Source: Lytechinus pictus
Lineage: Eukaryota
Length of the DNA: 64,000 nucleotides
Direction: 5' to 3'
Assembly (NCBI RefSeq): GCF_037042905.1
Contig: NC_087245.1
Location: forward strand, 18,354,001-18,418,000
Shown piece after piece: positions 1 to 12,789 of this stretch (within the stretch, counting starts at the first letter, position 1; each line of letters starts with the position of its first letter). The notes beneath the pieces are model-generated. The model was not told the origin of the DNA, made no database searches, and was given only the letters and a program-made list of their open reading frames with translations. The position numbers and the translations under genes were made by a program.

Positions 1-565
1 CTCGCGCCTCGCGCTCGCATCATTTGGTTAGTGAAATACGTATCGTATGGTCTTAGTGAATTCTTACAAACAGGCCTTAGAATGCCTCTCTTCAGGTCTG
101 AATATCCTAAATTTTCAGCTCGCGCTTCGCACTCGCAATATTTGATGAGTGAGATGCATAGTATCATGATTACAATGACTACAAAAAGTGCTTCATGTGT
201 TTAGATGTAGCAAAATCAGCAAGCGCTTTGCACTCGCATTAGATGACTATGGTGAGATATGTATACTCTTAATGGATTCCTAAAATATAGTCCTTAACAT
301 GTCCTTGTTTGGGGTCAATATTTACACAAATTTCAGCTCGCGCTTCGCGCTCGCATTGTTTGTTTAGCGAGACAGGTATGTATCATGATTACAAAAATGT
401 ACTTATAATGTCCTTTTTTGGTCTGCATATCAAAAATTTTCAGCTCGCGCTTCGCGCTCGCATTATTTGAGCAGTGACATACATATCCGTTTAATGGCAC
501 TGTCTTTAAAATGTCCCTATTAGGTCAGTATACCTGGCAACTGAGCGCGCTTCGCGCGCTCACTA

Positions 566-2212
566 ATACCGTGTTTACACTTAATCGGCATTTGGTTCTG
601 AACCAATTGCCGATGCAGAATCGGCATTTGGATTGCGTTTACACGTTGTTACAGCTCGCGGTTCAGAACCGCGAGCCGATGCAAAAACCTAAAATGATAC
701 GCATACCTACAATATAGTCATAATCAACGAACGTAGAGGGCAGCAACACACAAGCGTGTTGCTATAAGGAAGGTCAACTCGATACGCGCATGCAGCTGAG
801 CTGCGCGCGTATTTTATTGTTCATGCCAACGAAATCAAATGCCGATCCAATACAACAACAAATTAGTAGCGATCAAAAAACGAATATGAAAGAATATGAC
901 TACAACAATATCAAAGATAACTTAAAAAATATGTTGAGGAATATACATACATATAAAAACATACTTTGATATTTAAAACTTTACAAATATAAGTTTCAGG
1001 AAACTAAAATCATTACCAAATCGGTGATTGTTGTTATCAGCGATTTCACCAGACGGCTGTATTAGGTGATTTGCGTCGAGACGATTTTGTGACCTCTCGC
1101 AAAGCATTTCGGGATTGAATATAACCACCTTATTTTCTCTGAGCTCTTCGCTGAACCCATCATCACAGTGCAGCTGCAGCGCAGCGCGCAGCCAATGCAA
1201 TGCATCCGATGCATGGGTTGTTTTTTCGCCGTCCATGCCATGGTCTCGGACTCAGAGTTGAAATTTAGACCCGGATTTCGGGGATACAGTGCCTTTATTT
1301 CAGATTTATAGACTTAAAAGTCAAATGACATTTAAAATTTGAAATCTAACCTTGAACAATCATCGTTGAAAAACATCAGCCCTGAAGCCATTACACTTCA
1401 AATCAGGCCAGGCAAATTAGACGTCATTGTCTAAGTTGCTAGATCTATGACGAGTCGCCTGAAGCCCCAGCGCATATCATCAACGTCACTAGCTAGCTGC
1501 GCGACCGGCCCAGACTCGGCGCACCCAGGCCAGAAAAATGACCTCGATTATTACGGTGGTTGTCTATGCATTTATTAGTGGTGCAGCGAAATTCAGCAGA
1601 AGAAAATAAGAGATATGAGGTATCCTCGTCATAGACTTAATATTCCAAAATGAGGAAAAATGTCAAAATCATGATTATTTAAGCTAAATATTTTCTTTAA
1701 AAATAAAAGTAATATTTTTAATATTTATACCCAGAATAACCGATCTAATAATTGTTCATTAAAAAATATTTGAAATTAACAAATGAAAAAAAATCAACTC
1801 GACAAATTTCCCAAAACCCCACCTTATTTTTTAAATGGTCACAAAATTCGAGCGGAGTTGACCTTCCTTAGAGCAACACGCTTGTGTGTTGCTGCCCTCT
1901 ACGTTCGTTGGTCATAATAAAGACAACGCTGGATCAGTGCGCTTACAATTACGTCACAATGGCAAAGCAATTGAAATGCGCACAAATTGCTGGTGCAGAA
2001 TCGGCTTTCTGTTTACACGTAGTAAAAAAGCCGATTCTGCATCGGCTCGGCGGTTCAGAACCTACTACTTTGGTGGTGCAAATTGCCGGTTCTGAACCGC
2101 GAGCCGATTCAAGTTGCTCGCGTTTACACGCTATGAAAAAGCCGATGCTGAATCGGCTCGCGGTTCAGAACCGCGAGCCGATTCAAATGCCGATTAAGTG
2201 TAAACACGGTAT
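566..2212. mobile_element. Non-autonomous TIR DNA transposon (PIF/Harbinger-like or TA-targeting)
   Basis: TIR ATACCGTGTTTACACTTAATCGGCATTT / AAATGCCGATTAAGTGTAAACACGGTAT; flanks TA..TA (or TAA/TTA); subterminal repeats; no transposase ORF. Confidence 0.8.
725..1910. mobile_element. Nested non-autonomous DNA transposon with 8-bp TSD (hAT- or P-like)
   Basis: ~56-bp TIR CAACGAACGTAGAGGGCAGCAACAC...; exact TSD GTCATAAT at 717-724 and 1911-1918. Confidence 0.85.
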
Positions 2213-3267
2213 TAGTGACTCAAATATTTTGCTGGTGCCCCCCCCCCCCCCCCAATGCCGTGACTCACGGTACGCCACTGCTTATAGTAATATGTCAGAA
2301 ATTGTTGAATACATCCCCAGAAACGACGGTTATTCCTGTCTAGTTGATCGATAGACCCAAGTCTAAAGATCTAACTTTATTAGTCTAACTAGACAAATAT
2401 CGATCTGTTAAGATCTGTTAAGATGTTGTTCCACACTGGATATCTAACTTTAAGTAGATCTAGAAAAGATCTAGCACGACTTGTTGGTATGAGATAGTCT
2501 ATGCAAAAATAATATAATAATAATAATAAACTCAAAACAGACGGATTTCAACCTGTCTATAGATAGGACGCCTAAACCTAGACCATTTGAGGGTTGGTCC
2601 ATGCAAGCTAACTTTGGTTCAATTAAGGCCAGCCTGCATGGACTAGCCGCTAGGACTGGTTAAATGCCTACAGGGTAAATTCCTTGAGTCTAACTGTTAG
2701 ATCTAGAAGATTATATGGTTGACAAGTTACCGTTAGGCCTTAGCGTTAGACATGAAATCCTTAAAATTCACTTTAGAAAATGCATAGAATCACGACGAGC
2801 TCAGTCACTTTGCTCTTTCGTTTTCGAAATTTCTCAAACAAATATTACGCGTTCTGCCGGCCAAGCACATGCCAGGCCCAGGAAAATTAATTATGGCAAA
2901 CAAATTATGTGAAAGTCTTTAAACATTGATCGCAGAGAATCAATGGTCAAATTAAGATATGGATGCTGTCTATCAAATCAACTTTCTGCCCAAAATCAGA
3001 AATTAAGATGGTCTAATCTAGCCCCCATCCCTATAGTTCAGGCCTACCCTAATTTTAATACTTACTGGGTTAGGTCTAACGCAAAACGATGATGGCACTC
3101 TGCCAAACGATGTAACATTGCAATCAGTTTCCATCAATTAGCTGATTTTTCTTAGAAATTATTGAAGAAAACCAGGGAAAATGTGGATAGGTGGCCGTTT
3201 ATTTAAGCTTTAATTTGGCTTTGGAAGTTTGGTTGCTCAATCGACCTTCGACGCGACGCAGCCTGGC

Positions 3268-3950
3268 TGTGCAGCTGCAGCGCAGCGCGAAGCCAATGCA
3301 ATGCATCCGATGCATGGGTTTTTTTTCGCCGTCCATAGTCTCGGACTCGAAGTTGAAATTTAGACCCGGATTTCGGGGAAACAGCGCCTTTATTTCAGAT
3401 TTATAGATTTAAAAGTCGAATGAAATTAAAAATTTGAAATCTAACCTTGAACAATCATCGTTGATAAACATCAGCCCTGAAGCCATTGCACTTCAAATCA
3501 GACTAGGCAAATTAGACGTCATTGTCTATGTTGCTAGAAGATCTATGACGAGTCGCCTAAAGCCCCAGCGCATCATCAACGTCACTAGCTAGCTGCGCGA
3601 CCGGCCCAGACTCGGCGCACCCAGGCCGGAAAAATGACCTCGATTATTACGGTGGTTGTCTATGCATTTATTAGTGGTGCAGCGAAAGTCACCAGAAGAA
3701 TATAACAGATTAGGGGTATCCTCGTCATAGACTTAATATTCCAAAATGAGGAAAAATGTCAAAATAATGATTATTTAAGCTAAATATTTTCTTTAAAAAT
3801 AAAAATATTTGAAATTATCAAATGAAAAAAAATCAACTCGACAAATTTCCCAAAACCCCACCTTATTTTTTAGAGTGGTCACAAAATTCGAGCGGAGTTG
3901 ACCTTCCTTAGAGCAACACGCTTGTGTGTTGCTGCCCTCTTCGTTCGTTG
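3268..3950. mobile_element. Partial second copy (right half with TIR) of the 725-1910 element
   Basis: Near-identical to ~1170-1910 and ends with the same TIR ...CGTTCGTTG; left TIR not seen. Confidence 0.8.
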
Positions 3951-3973
3951 GACTCAACCGTACGGGTTTTCTG

Positions 3974-4130
3974 GGGGGCGTTTCATGAAAGGACTTGTCG
4001 GACGTTTTATCCGACAAGTCCCATTTTATCCGACAGTTACCATAGGAACAGTGCCTCTCTGCCAATCAAAATCATGGAAAGATGTCAGATCTGACATCTT
4101 GTCGGATGAAAATATTGATGAAACGCTCCC
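3974..4130. mobile_element. Harbinger-like MITE
   Basis: TIR GGGGGCGTTTCAT / ATGAAACGCTCCC with CTG/CAG flanks; inverted copy at 38334-38479. Confidence 0.75.
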
Positions 4131-4934
4131 CAGGTCTCACGCGCGTAAAACATTCCCCATAGACTTGTGTGTTAAAATGGCACTTAAGAAAAATTCATAA
4201 AAAATAAATGTGAAATTAGAGGGTCAAATGTTTACTACCTTTGGATAGGATATATATCTGACATTCCATATCTGACCAGAGAAGGGTATCGTAGCCAGCT
4301 CATTTTAAAAATAAATCGCCATTTATGAAGATAACTATGATGGGATCAAATTCATCAACTGAAACAGTAAAATAGCCCCAATTCTTCCGCCAGTCAAAAA
4401 ATAGTTCCAAATCATTGATATATCTTCCCAATTTGGGCAAAGGAAGTTCAGTAGTTACCATTTCTAGAATCAGTGTTAGATTTTGAATCATATTCATACA
4501 CTTTTGTCAATCAGCAATATCAAATTAAAAAAATCGAATGGGTTGGGTCGAACGAATATCTTTAGCCCTCCTGATGTAATTAGGCTCATGGCACCTTCAA
4601 TACCACCTTTGTGAATTCGGGCCTTATTGTCTGAAAACAAAGGGCAAAGCGGACGTTGAATTTGTTGCACATACATTAACCCCTCAAAAGTTCTGCAACT
4701 AAGGTTTGACCGGTAATAAATTTCTTAGTGTGCCATCATCATATGTAAAAGTGGTATCATTGGAAAGTAAACGTGTATTTCAATAATTTCCTTTTCTGTT
4801 GCAGAAATTGTATGAATCTGAATCTACCTTTTATTATAGTAATTCTATATACGTCTAGGACCCCCATAAAAATAAGCTTTCGAGCTTTCGTTGGTTATCC
4901 TGTGCAAGCCTGTTGTTTTTAATACTACTATATA

Positions 4935-5845
4935 TAAACTCCTCAAAAAAAGTTTGGAAATCTGAATTTGATCGATAATCCCTCCTCGGTTTTAGTGAAT
5001 ATCAATGTGTAATTAATATTAATTAATAGATCGTTGAATTCTCTTTAAAATGATACCACACATGATATGGTCATGGTTCACATGGAGGTGCAGTGCCTTG
5101 AAATGTCGGGCAAGTTCAAAATGACACAATATTGAAAGTCACTGTTCTTTTTTCCGTGGTGATGAGTGAGTTTCTCAGCGGTTTCTTTTGTTTTCATGCA
5201 CCTTAACATCAACATTAATATGGAATCAAACACACCTCTGCACAAGCAAACACATAAAAAACAAACAAAGATGCATGGGTATTTCAAACAACGATTCAAA
5301 CCATGATATCTCACAGAACCATCACTACATAACCACAACAATATATTAGAAATGAAGAAGCAGGGGCTTGATTTGAATGGATTTTCATCTCTATTGACAC
5401 GGACAAAAGAATCATGTTCTGTATTGACCATTCTAGACTATTTCTGCTCGTTTTGCAGCTTTTCAATTCATACCTCATCCAACACTTTAGAATCCTGCTC
5501 TTTCCGTGATGGCATGATCATAACAAGCATGGTATCATTTTAAGGAAAATTAAATGATCTTTTGAATGATATCGAATATGCATTGTGTAGAGTTGGGAGA
5601 AATTAATGGCCAAACTCAGATTTCCAAACTTTTTTTGCTCGTTTTGCAGCTTTTCAATTCAGACCTCATCCAACACTTTTGAATCCTGCTCTTTCCGTGA
5701 TGGCATGATCATAACAAGCATGGTATCATCTTAAAGAGAATTAAATGATCTTTTGAATGATGTCAAATATGCATTGTGTAACATTTGGAGTTGGGAGAAA
5801 TTAATGGCCAATCTCAGATTTCCAAGCTTTTTTTGAGGGGTTTAT
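4935..5845. mobile_element. TA-flanked MITE family with an internal ~195-bp duplication
   Basis: TIR TAAAC(T/C)CCTCAAAAAAAGTTTGGAAATCTGA; other copies at ~29770-30200, 47955-48670 and 60995-61682. Confidence 0.8.
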
Positions 5846-5896
5846 ATTAATACGATGACTTAAAAAAAAAATCAATCAATCGATTAACTAATTAAC

Positions 5897-6140
5897 CACG
5901 TGTTGCAGGGAGCTTGCAAAGGAATCCATAGACGTTCATACAAATGACGTTGTTCCAAGAAATAAATGAATTAGTGTACAATTCACTCCTGACACAGGTT
6001 TATTGACTGTCAATTGGTTAGTCAGGTTTCCACAGTTGGTTTTCGAATGAGGTTCCATCAGACCAGGAAAAGATACCGTCAGATAACTGAGGGTTCTCCT
6101 GATACAGCCCGATCCAGAATGCATAGGTAGAGCACGATGA
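5897..6140 (-). pseudogene. C-type lectin domain pseudo-exon with two in-frame stops
   Basis: Acceptor TTTCTCATTACAG, then SSCSTYAFWIGLYQE..FSWSDGT..LWKPD*PIDSQ*TCV..WNNVICMNVYGFLCK; shows the CTLD WIGL, WSDG, WN-C and F-C motifs. Confidence 0.8.
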
Positions 6141-6374
6141 CTGTAATGAGAAATGTCGATCATAGGTCAATAAACACTTTTTTGATGGGGGTGGCAGAAA
6201 CACATTTAATTTTGTAAGATATTGATGACAAACTTTTATTCATCAAGAACTGCATAGCGTACCTTCCACGATAGTAAGATATGCCTTTAACCATGTGACA
6301 CCTTTGATGATATTGGAGGTAACAATTTATAATGATTATGAAAATAAAAAGAATAGTTACATTCAATATCAAAG

Positions 6375-6610
6375 AGTATGATGATGATGATGATAATTAC
6401 AATATCAATATCAATTAGAATGATGACGCTGATTATAACGCTAACAATCATAATTGTATCAACCATAATATTACTAATAATATAACATAAATATTAATGA
6501 CAGAGTAATTGATAATGATGATAATGATGATGATGATGATGATGATAATCATAATGATAATAACAATTATAATAATAATGATGATAGTTATATCAATAAT
6601 AATAATATTA
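6375..6610. repeat. (GAT)n/(AAT)n microsatellite region
   Basis: Trinucleotide runs visible directly. Confidence 0.85.
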
Positions 6611-8177
6611 AACTGCCTCTGCGATTCATAGAGCCGAGCCTAGTCGTACTTCAGTGTATAAATCACCTTCTATTCATTAGGAGAACTCGGTATTCAAACC
6701 TAGTCAAAGGTTATTTGCAGCCCATAAAACCCATTGTGCATAATTCTAAAGCCAAAAAATCTATTCTCCAGTAGGTCTAGGATGCCAAGCACACCAGAGG
6801 AATGCAATACCAATTTATTTCTCACGACAGAATAGATGAATAATGTCCTAGTTTTTTTTTAGTAAGCTGGCAGAAAGCAAATTGAATGAAAACAACCACT
6901 ATACATTTCAGTATTTTGGAAGCTTAATATGGGATGTAGAGACCAACCTGGCCTTCCAGAATAAATATGATAATGATATGCCCATCATGCCCATGTAATT
7001 TTCATGAATAATATGTCGTATGGACTAAAGCTATACTAGCATATTCCCATTAAAAGGTAAAGCGTTCTTATGTTATTCAAAGAAAAGTTACTTTTGATAA
7101 CTCTAATTGACAGAATGTGAATGCTGGGTGTAACGTTTGATATTGAAGTAGAAAACAAGTGAGCCATGTTTTTCCTTCACATATTGTATACTTTACGGCT
7201 GCACACATATACATATTTGTACGATGATGTGAGACCCATGTGGTTTTTATTCAAGTCAAATCCTTTTAACAGGTCCAAAGACCGTGACGATATGTTTTTA
7301 TATCAATCTATTTGTGTTCATGGTTGGGCTACTCTCAAAGGCCCGTTGGTGGGTACGGTAGTTGCATTCGGATTGAATTCAAGGTGTGGCCCTTGCCCGA
7401 GAGAGATTCTTTCTCCTGATCAAATCATCATCAAATATAGCTGTTCAACACCAAAGAGTGGTAGATATCAATCGTTGTGCAAGGACGTGTTGAAGAAAAC
7501 AAGAACAAATTCAACTAATGAGGTTCATTACCGATCGTTCTAATCCTGCATCCCAGTGGTCTCAGGAAAGGACGAATATGGATATAAGGTGTCCCTTCGG
7601 AGTTATAAACTGGGCATCATTCATATGTTTTCTACTGTACCTATCACTAGGAACAGCGTCCATATCACGTAAGTAACACAAAGTATTTGCCTTTTAATTA
7701 GTATTTCATATGCTATATCTCTAGTCCATATACTAAATAAAAACTCCATAACAAATGAGTCCGAGCAAACACGGAGTAACAATATTTTTATTAATGATTG
7801 AAATGAGTATAGGGGGGGGGAGGTTGACAAATATATGTCTTTTAAACTTAACACCAATGTACCGGATTTACGTCACGTTACGTTAATTTTCAATAGTAGT
7901 TCGGTGGAGAGTTGTTGAACAACCGACAGCGGCACAACGTTGGCAACTAGTTTGTTGGAGAGTTAATACAGTGTTGAAACTGGTTCATTTGAGAATTGAT
8001 AGACATCTACTCGCATAATTTCCAAAGGGGCCAGAGGGGAAGGGGGGTCGATCAATTTTTTAAGACCAGAAACGTCCTCGTCCTTTGCAGCTGGCTAGGC
8101 CTCTCTCAGTAATTAAGAGATATACGGTCACATAGAACATAAGCGGAAGTAGAAGAGTTATAAGAAAGATAGCTACG

Positions 8178-9662
8178 TTTGTCGGCTGTTCAACAACTTT
8201 CCATCGAACTAGTTTCCAACGTTGTGTCATTGTTGACTATCCAACTAAACTCCAACCTACTAGTTTCCAACGTTGTGTCATCGTCGACTATCCAAATAAT
8301 CTCCAACCTACTAGTTTCCAGCGTTGTGCCGTTGTCGACCGTCCAACAAATCTCCAACAAAATAGTTTCCTACTTTTTCAACGTTGTGCCATTGTCGGTT
8401 GTTCAACTACTTTCCATCGAACTAGTTTCTAACGTCAACGTTGTGTCTTTGTTGGCTGTTCAACAACTATCCAATCAAACACGTTTCCGACATTGTGACA
8501 TCGTTGGCTGTCAAGCAAATCTCCAACAACTAGTTTCTAACGTTGGGCCATTGTCGGATGTTCAACAATTCTTTATCGAACTAGTTTCCAACATTGTCAA
8601 CGTCTGTCGGCTGTTCAACAACTTTCCATCGAACTAGTTTCCAACGTTGTGTCATTGTTGACTATCCAACTAATCTCCAACCTACTAGTTTCCAACGTTG
8701 TGCCATTGTCGACCGTCTAACGAATCTCCAACACACTAGTTTCCAACGTTGTGCCATTGTCGGCTGTTCAACAACTCTCCATCGAACTAGTTGCCGACGT
8801 TGTGTCATCGTCAACTATCCAACTAATCTCCAACCTACTAGTTTCCAACGTTGTGCCGTTGTCGACCGTCCAACAAGTCTCCAACAAAATAGTTTCCTAC
8901 TTTTTCAACGTTGTGCCATTGTCGGTTGTTCAACTACTTTCCATCGAACTAGTTTCTAATGTCAACGTTGTGTCTTTGTTGGCTGTTCAACAACTATCCA
9001 ATCAAACACGTTTCCGACGTTGTGACATTTTTGGCTGTCAAACAAATCTCCAACAACTAGTTTCTAACGTTGGGCCATTGTCGGATGTTCAACAATTCTT
9101 TATCGAACTAGTTTCCAACATTGTCAACGTTTGTCGGCTGTTCAACAACTTTCCATCGAACTAGTTTCCAACGTTGTGTCATTGTTGACTATCCAACTAA
9201 TCTCCAACCTACTAGTTTCCAACGTTGTGCCATTGTCGACCGTCTAACGAATCTCCAACACACTATTTTCCAACGTTGTGCCATTGTCGGCTGTTCAACA
9301 ACTCTCCATCGAACTAGTTGCCAACGTTGTGTCATCGTCAACTATCCAACTAATCTCCAACCTACTAGTTGTCAGCGTTGTGCCGTTGTCGACCGTCCAA
9401 CAAATCTCCAACAAAATAGTTTCTAACTTTATCAACGTTGTGCCATTGTCGGTTGTTCAACAACTTTCCATCGAACTAGTTTCTAACGTTGCCAACGTTG
9501 TGCCTTTGTTGGCTGTTCAACAACTTTCCATGAAACTAGTTTCCAACGTTGTGTCATTGTTGACTAGCCAACTAATCTCCAACCTACTTGTTTCCAACGT
9601 TGTGCCGTTGTCGACCGTCCAACAAAATAGTTTCCAACTTTTTCAACGTTGTGCCATTGTCG
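8178..9662. repeat. Satellite/minisatellite with ~51-55-bp monomer and 527-bp higher-order period
   Basis: Monomer ACTAGTTTCCAACGTTGTGCCATTGTCG...; matching blocks at 8594/9121 and 8751/9278 are both offset by 527; inverted monomer at 7897-7962. Confidence 0.9.
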
Positions 9663-12600
9663 ATTGCTCATGCCCCCCCCCCCCCCCCCCCCCCCCCCCC
9701 ATTGGCTAGTCAAAACAACACATGGGAAAGGAGAAAAAGAGGGAGGAAGAAAGAGAAAGTACTGCGGGAGAAAACAAGAAATATTTTTTCATTACTTTAT
9801 TAAACATTATTATAAAAGGATTATCAACATTGAAAGAAGCCTAGCTAATCTACAAAAGAAACAACAGAAAATGTGAGGAGAGAAATAAATGGTTAGAAAA
9901 ACAACTAAATGACCAGGAGCAATATTCAAGGAGAAATTGTGTCCGTCTCTTCGGAGTACCGGAAAAGGAAAATGAAAATACCAGTCAGAGAGTTTGTGAA
10001 ATATCACAGCAACAACTTGGTGTGGATCTCCATCTTCAGGACATCGATAGGAGCCATCGTGTACCACGTCGCACTGATCCCGCACCTAATGAAAGAAGAG
10101 ACGTCAAACCGAGAGCAATTATTATCAAGCTTACATCATATCAACATAGACAAAAGTTACTACTGAATAGAAGGAAACTGAAGAGCACCAAAATGAGTCT
10201 GCATGAGGATTTGACAAAGACTAATCGTTCACTTCTATGGGAAGCTATGAACGCCAGCAAAGTACAAGGATCGAACATCCTCACAGCATGGTCTACCAAT
10301 GGAAGAATAATTGTATCGGTGAAGACTAACAATGGTTCAATGAAGAGACAAGTAAATAGCAAAGAGGACCTCCTTGCCATCGGTTGATGTGTTTTCCCCC
10401 TGTCTTCTGTTTAGACCTGTGTATTTAACTTTATCTTCTTAACCAGTTACATGTACATAACAGACACTGGATAGTCTTTTTTTTCTTTATATAATATCAT
10501 ACCTTAAATAGATTTGTTTGAAGACATTTCCGTGGTATATATGATTTCTTTGGATCAACTTTTAAAGATACTGAAATTTGTATTGTATTTATAGTGAAAA
10601 TTTATTGAAAACACTTCAACTCTGTTATATTGAAAAGTAGATATATTTTATTGCATTCATTGGAATTATTTTCATAATATGTTACTAATAGAGACATTTT
10701 GGTCGCAGTGAAGACTTCATTTATTTGTATCTAATTAATTGATTGAAGATTTTTTTTGGTTTACTTAATGAATTGTATTGAAACATTCCAAAGGCAGTGA
10801 ACGTTATGATATTTAATTCATTGAATTCTTTTTATTTTTTACTGTGTGCTACATGGTTGTGGATGTCATGGCATACATATAATGTTACTACAATAATTCC
10901 ATGTTATGGGATATATAATTATCCAATGACATCTCGAATACACACACAAAAAAACTGTTTTATACTTGTACTTATTTCATAAAAGTAATATTCTACTATA
11001 CTTATGCCTTATTTGTTATAATTCAACACTTTGAAGGCACTTATAAATGTATTGGAATAATCGATTGACGATCTCTTTTATCCCAACTATAATGCAATGT
11101 TATGGGCATACATAAATGTACGGTACTCGGTTTAGATCTTGTGGTCGGTCACCTTAGTCTTTATATATATTTTTTTTCAAACTTTATATCCAGGTCAATG
11201 AACATCTTGCTTTATATATTCATTGACACGTCAGTGTGTGTAATCATAATTGTATACCTTTATTTCTGTTACTATTTGTGTGTGCATGTGTGTGTGTTTG
11301 TGTGTGAGTGAGTGATTGATAATGTCAACATATGACCCATCCCTAATTGGCAATGTATCTGATACTACACCTGTTGAAACCTTTGAGGATCATGGTTTTA
11401 GCCTTATCGATAATTTAGACCCTGGTGATAATTTCTATACATTTGACATTGCTTTAGTAATGCTTCACTTTAATTCAAGAAGTTTGTTTAGAAACTTTGA
11501 TGCTATTGGTTCCTTTATCTCTCGACTCGATTTTCAATTTTCTGTTTGTGGTTTTAGTGAGACCTGGATGCATGATAAAACCCCATCATTTTTCAACTTA
11601 AAGGATTATTGTTTTTATCATAATGATAGACCAGACAGAAGAGGTGGTGGCGTTTTTCAAATGATGTATGTGAATATCTATTCTTAGAAATTATATTGTG
11701 TAATAAGAAGAATATAATTGTTGGTATTATTTATCGAGACCTGCATACACCTTTACAGAATTTTAATAATATTTAAGAATGTTTTGAAAAATTGTCCTGT
11801 GAAAATAAGAATGTTTATATTATGGGTGATTTCAATATCAATTTTCTTAACATTAGCTCAAACAACCTCATTAATAATTTTGTAAACATTTTATATGATA
11901 ATGCATTTCGCCCGCTTATTGATAAACCAACGCGTATTACCACAAAATCTGCAACTCTTATTGACAATATTTTTACCAATGTACATTCTTCGCCAATTCA
12001 GTCTGGAATTTTCTATAGCGATATCACAGATCATCTTCCTATCTTCCAAATTACAGACATAGATTGTGAACACGTTACATCACATGCTCCTTTACCAATA
12101 ATACATAAATCAGATTTAGCTTCTATTAACAACCTAAAAATTACTTATCTGGTATTGCTTGGGATGAAGTCCTAGCTTCTGAGGATATTAATAATGCCTA
12201 TAGCAAATTAATGAACTGTTTTAGGATTGCTTATGATAAAAATTGTATATCAAAAGGAAGAAAAAATAAAAAACATCTGATACGAAAGCCGTGGATAACA
12301 AAGTCTTTATTGAAATGTATACATAAGAAAAACAGAATGTAAAAAACCTTTTGCAAAAATAGAAGTCAACAGAAAAATCATTTAAAATTTATCGAAATAA
12401 ATTAAATTCTATTCTCAAAAAGGCCCAAAAACCATATTATTGCAACTTGTTACACCAACATAAAAATAATCTTTCTATGTTATGGAATACGATTAATGAT
12501 GTACTTGGCAGAAATAAATAACAAAATATTTCAAATTACTTTATTAAAGGAAAAGTCCACCCCAACAAAAAGTTGATTTGAATGAAGAGAAAAATCCAAA

Positions 12601-12789
12601 AAGCATAACACTGAAAATTTCATCAAAATCGGATGTAAAATAAGAAAGTTATGACATTTTAAAGTTTTGCTTAATTTCACAAAACATTGATATGCACATC
12701 CTGATCAGTATGCAAATGAGCAGACTGATGACGTCATCCACTCACTATTTCTTTTGTATTTTATTATATGAAATATGGAATAATCTATA

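Larger units (their letters stand above)
1..2280. repeat. Interspersed repeat with periodic GCTCGCGCTTCGCGCTCGC motifs, ending in TACGCCACTG; interrupted by the 566-2212 insertion
   Basis: Motif recurs about every 90-130 bp. Flanks 1-565 and 2213-2280 are co-linear with the copy at ~17200-18396. Confidence 0.75.

Noticed and set aside
7166..7543. 125-aa ORF as a candidate first exon of the HYR gene
   Set aside because: No signal peptide, recognisable domain or convincing phase-1 donor.
8179..9709. Repetitive ORFs, or a CRISPR-like array
   Set aside because: Tandem satellite without unique spacers; ORFs in several frames are by-products; eukaryotic context with no cas genes.
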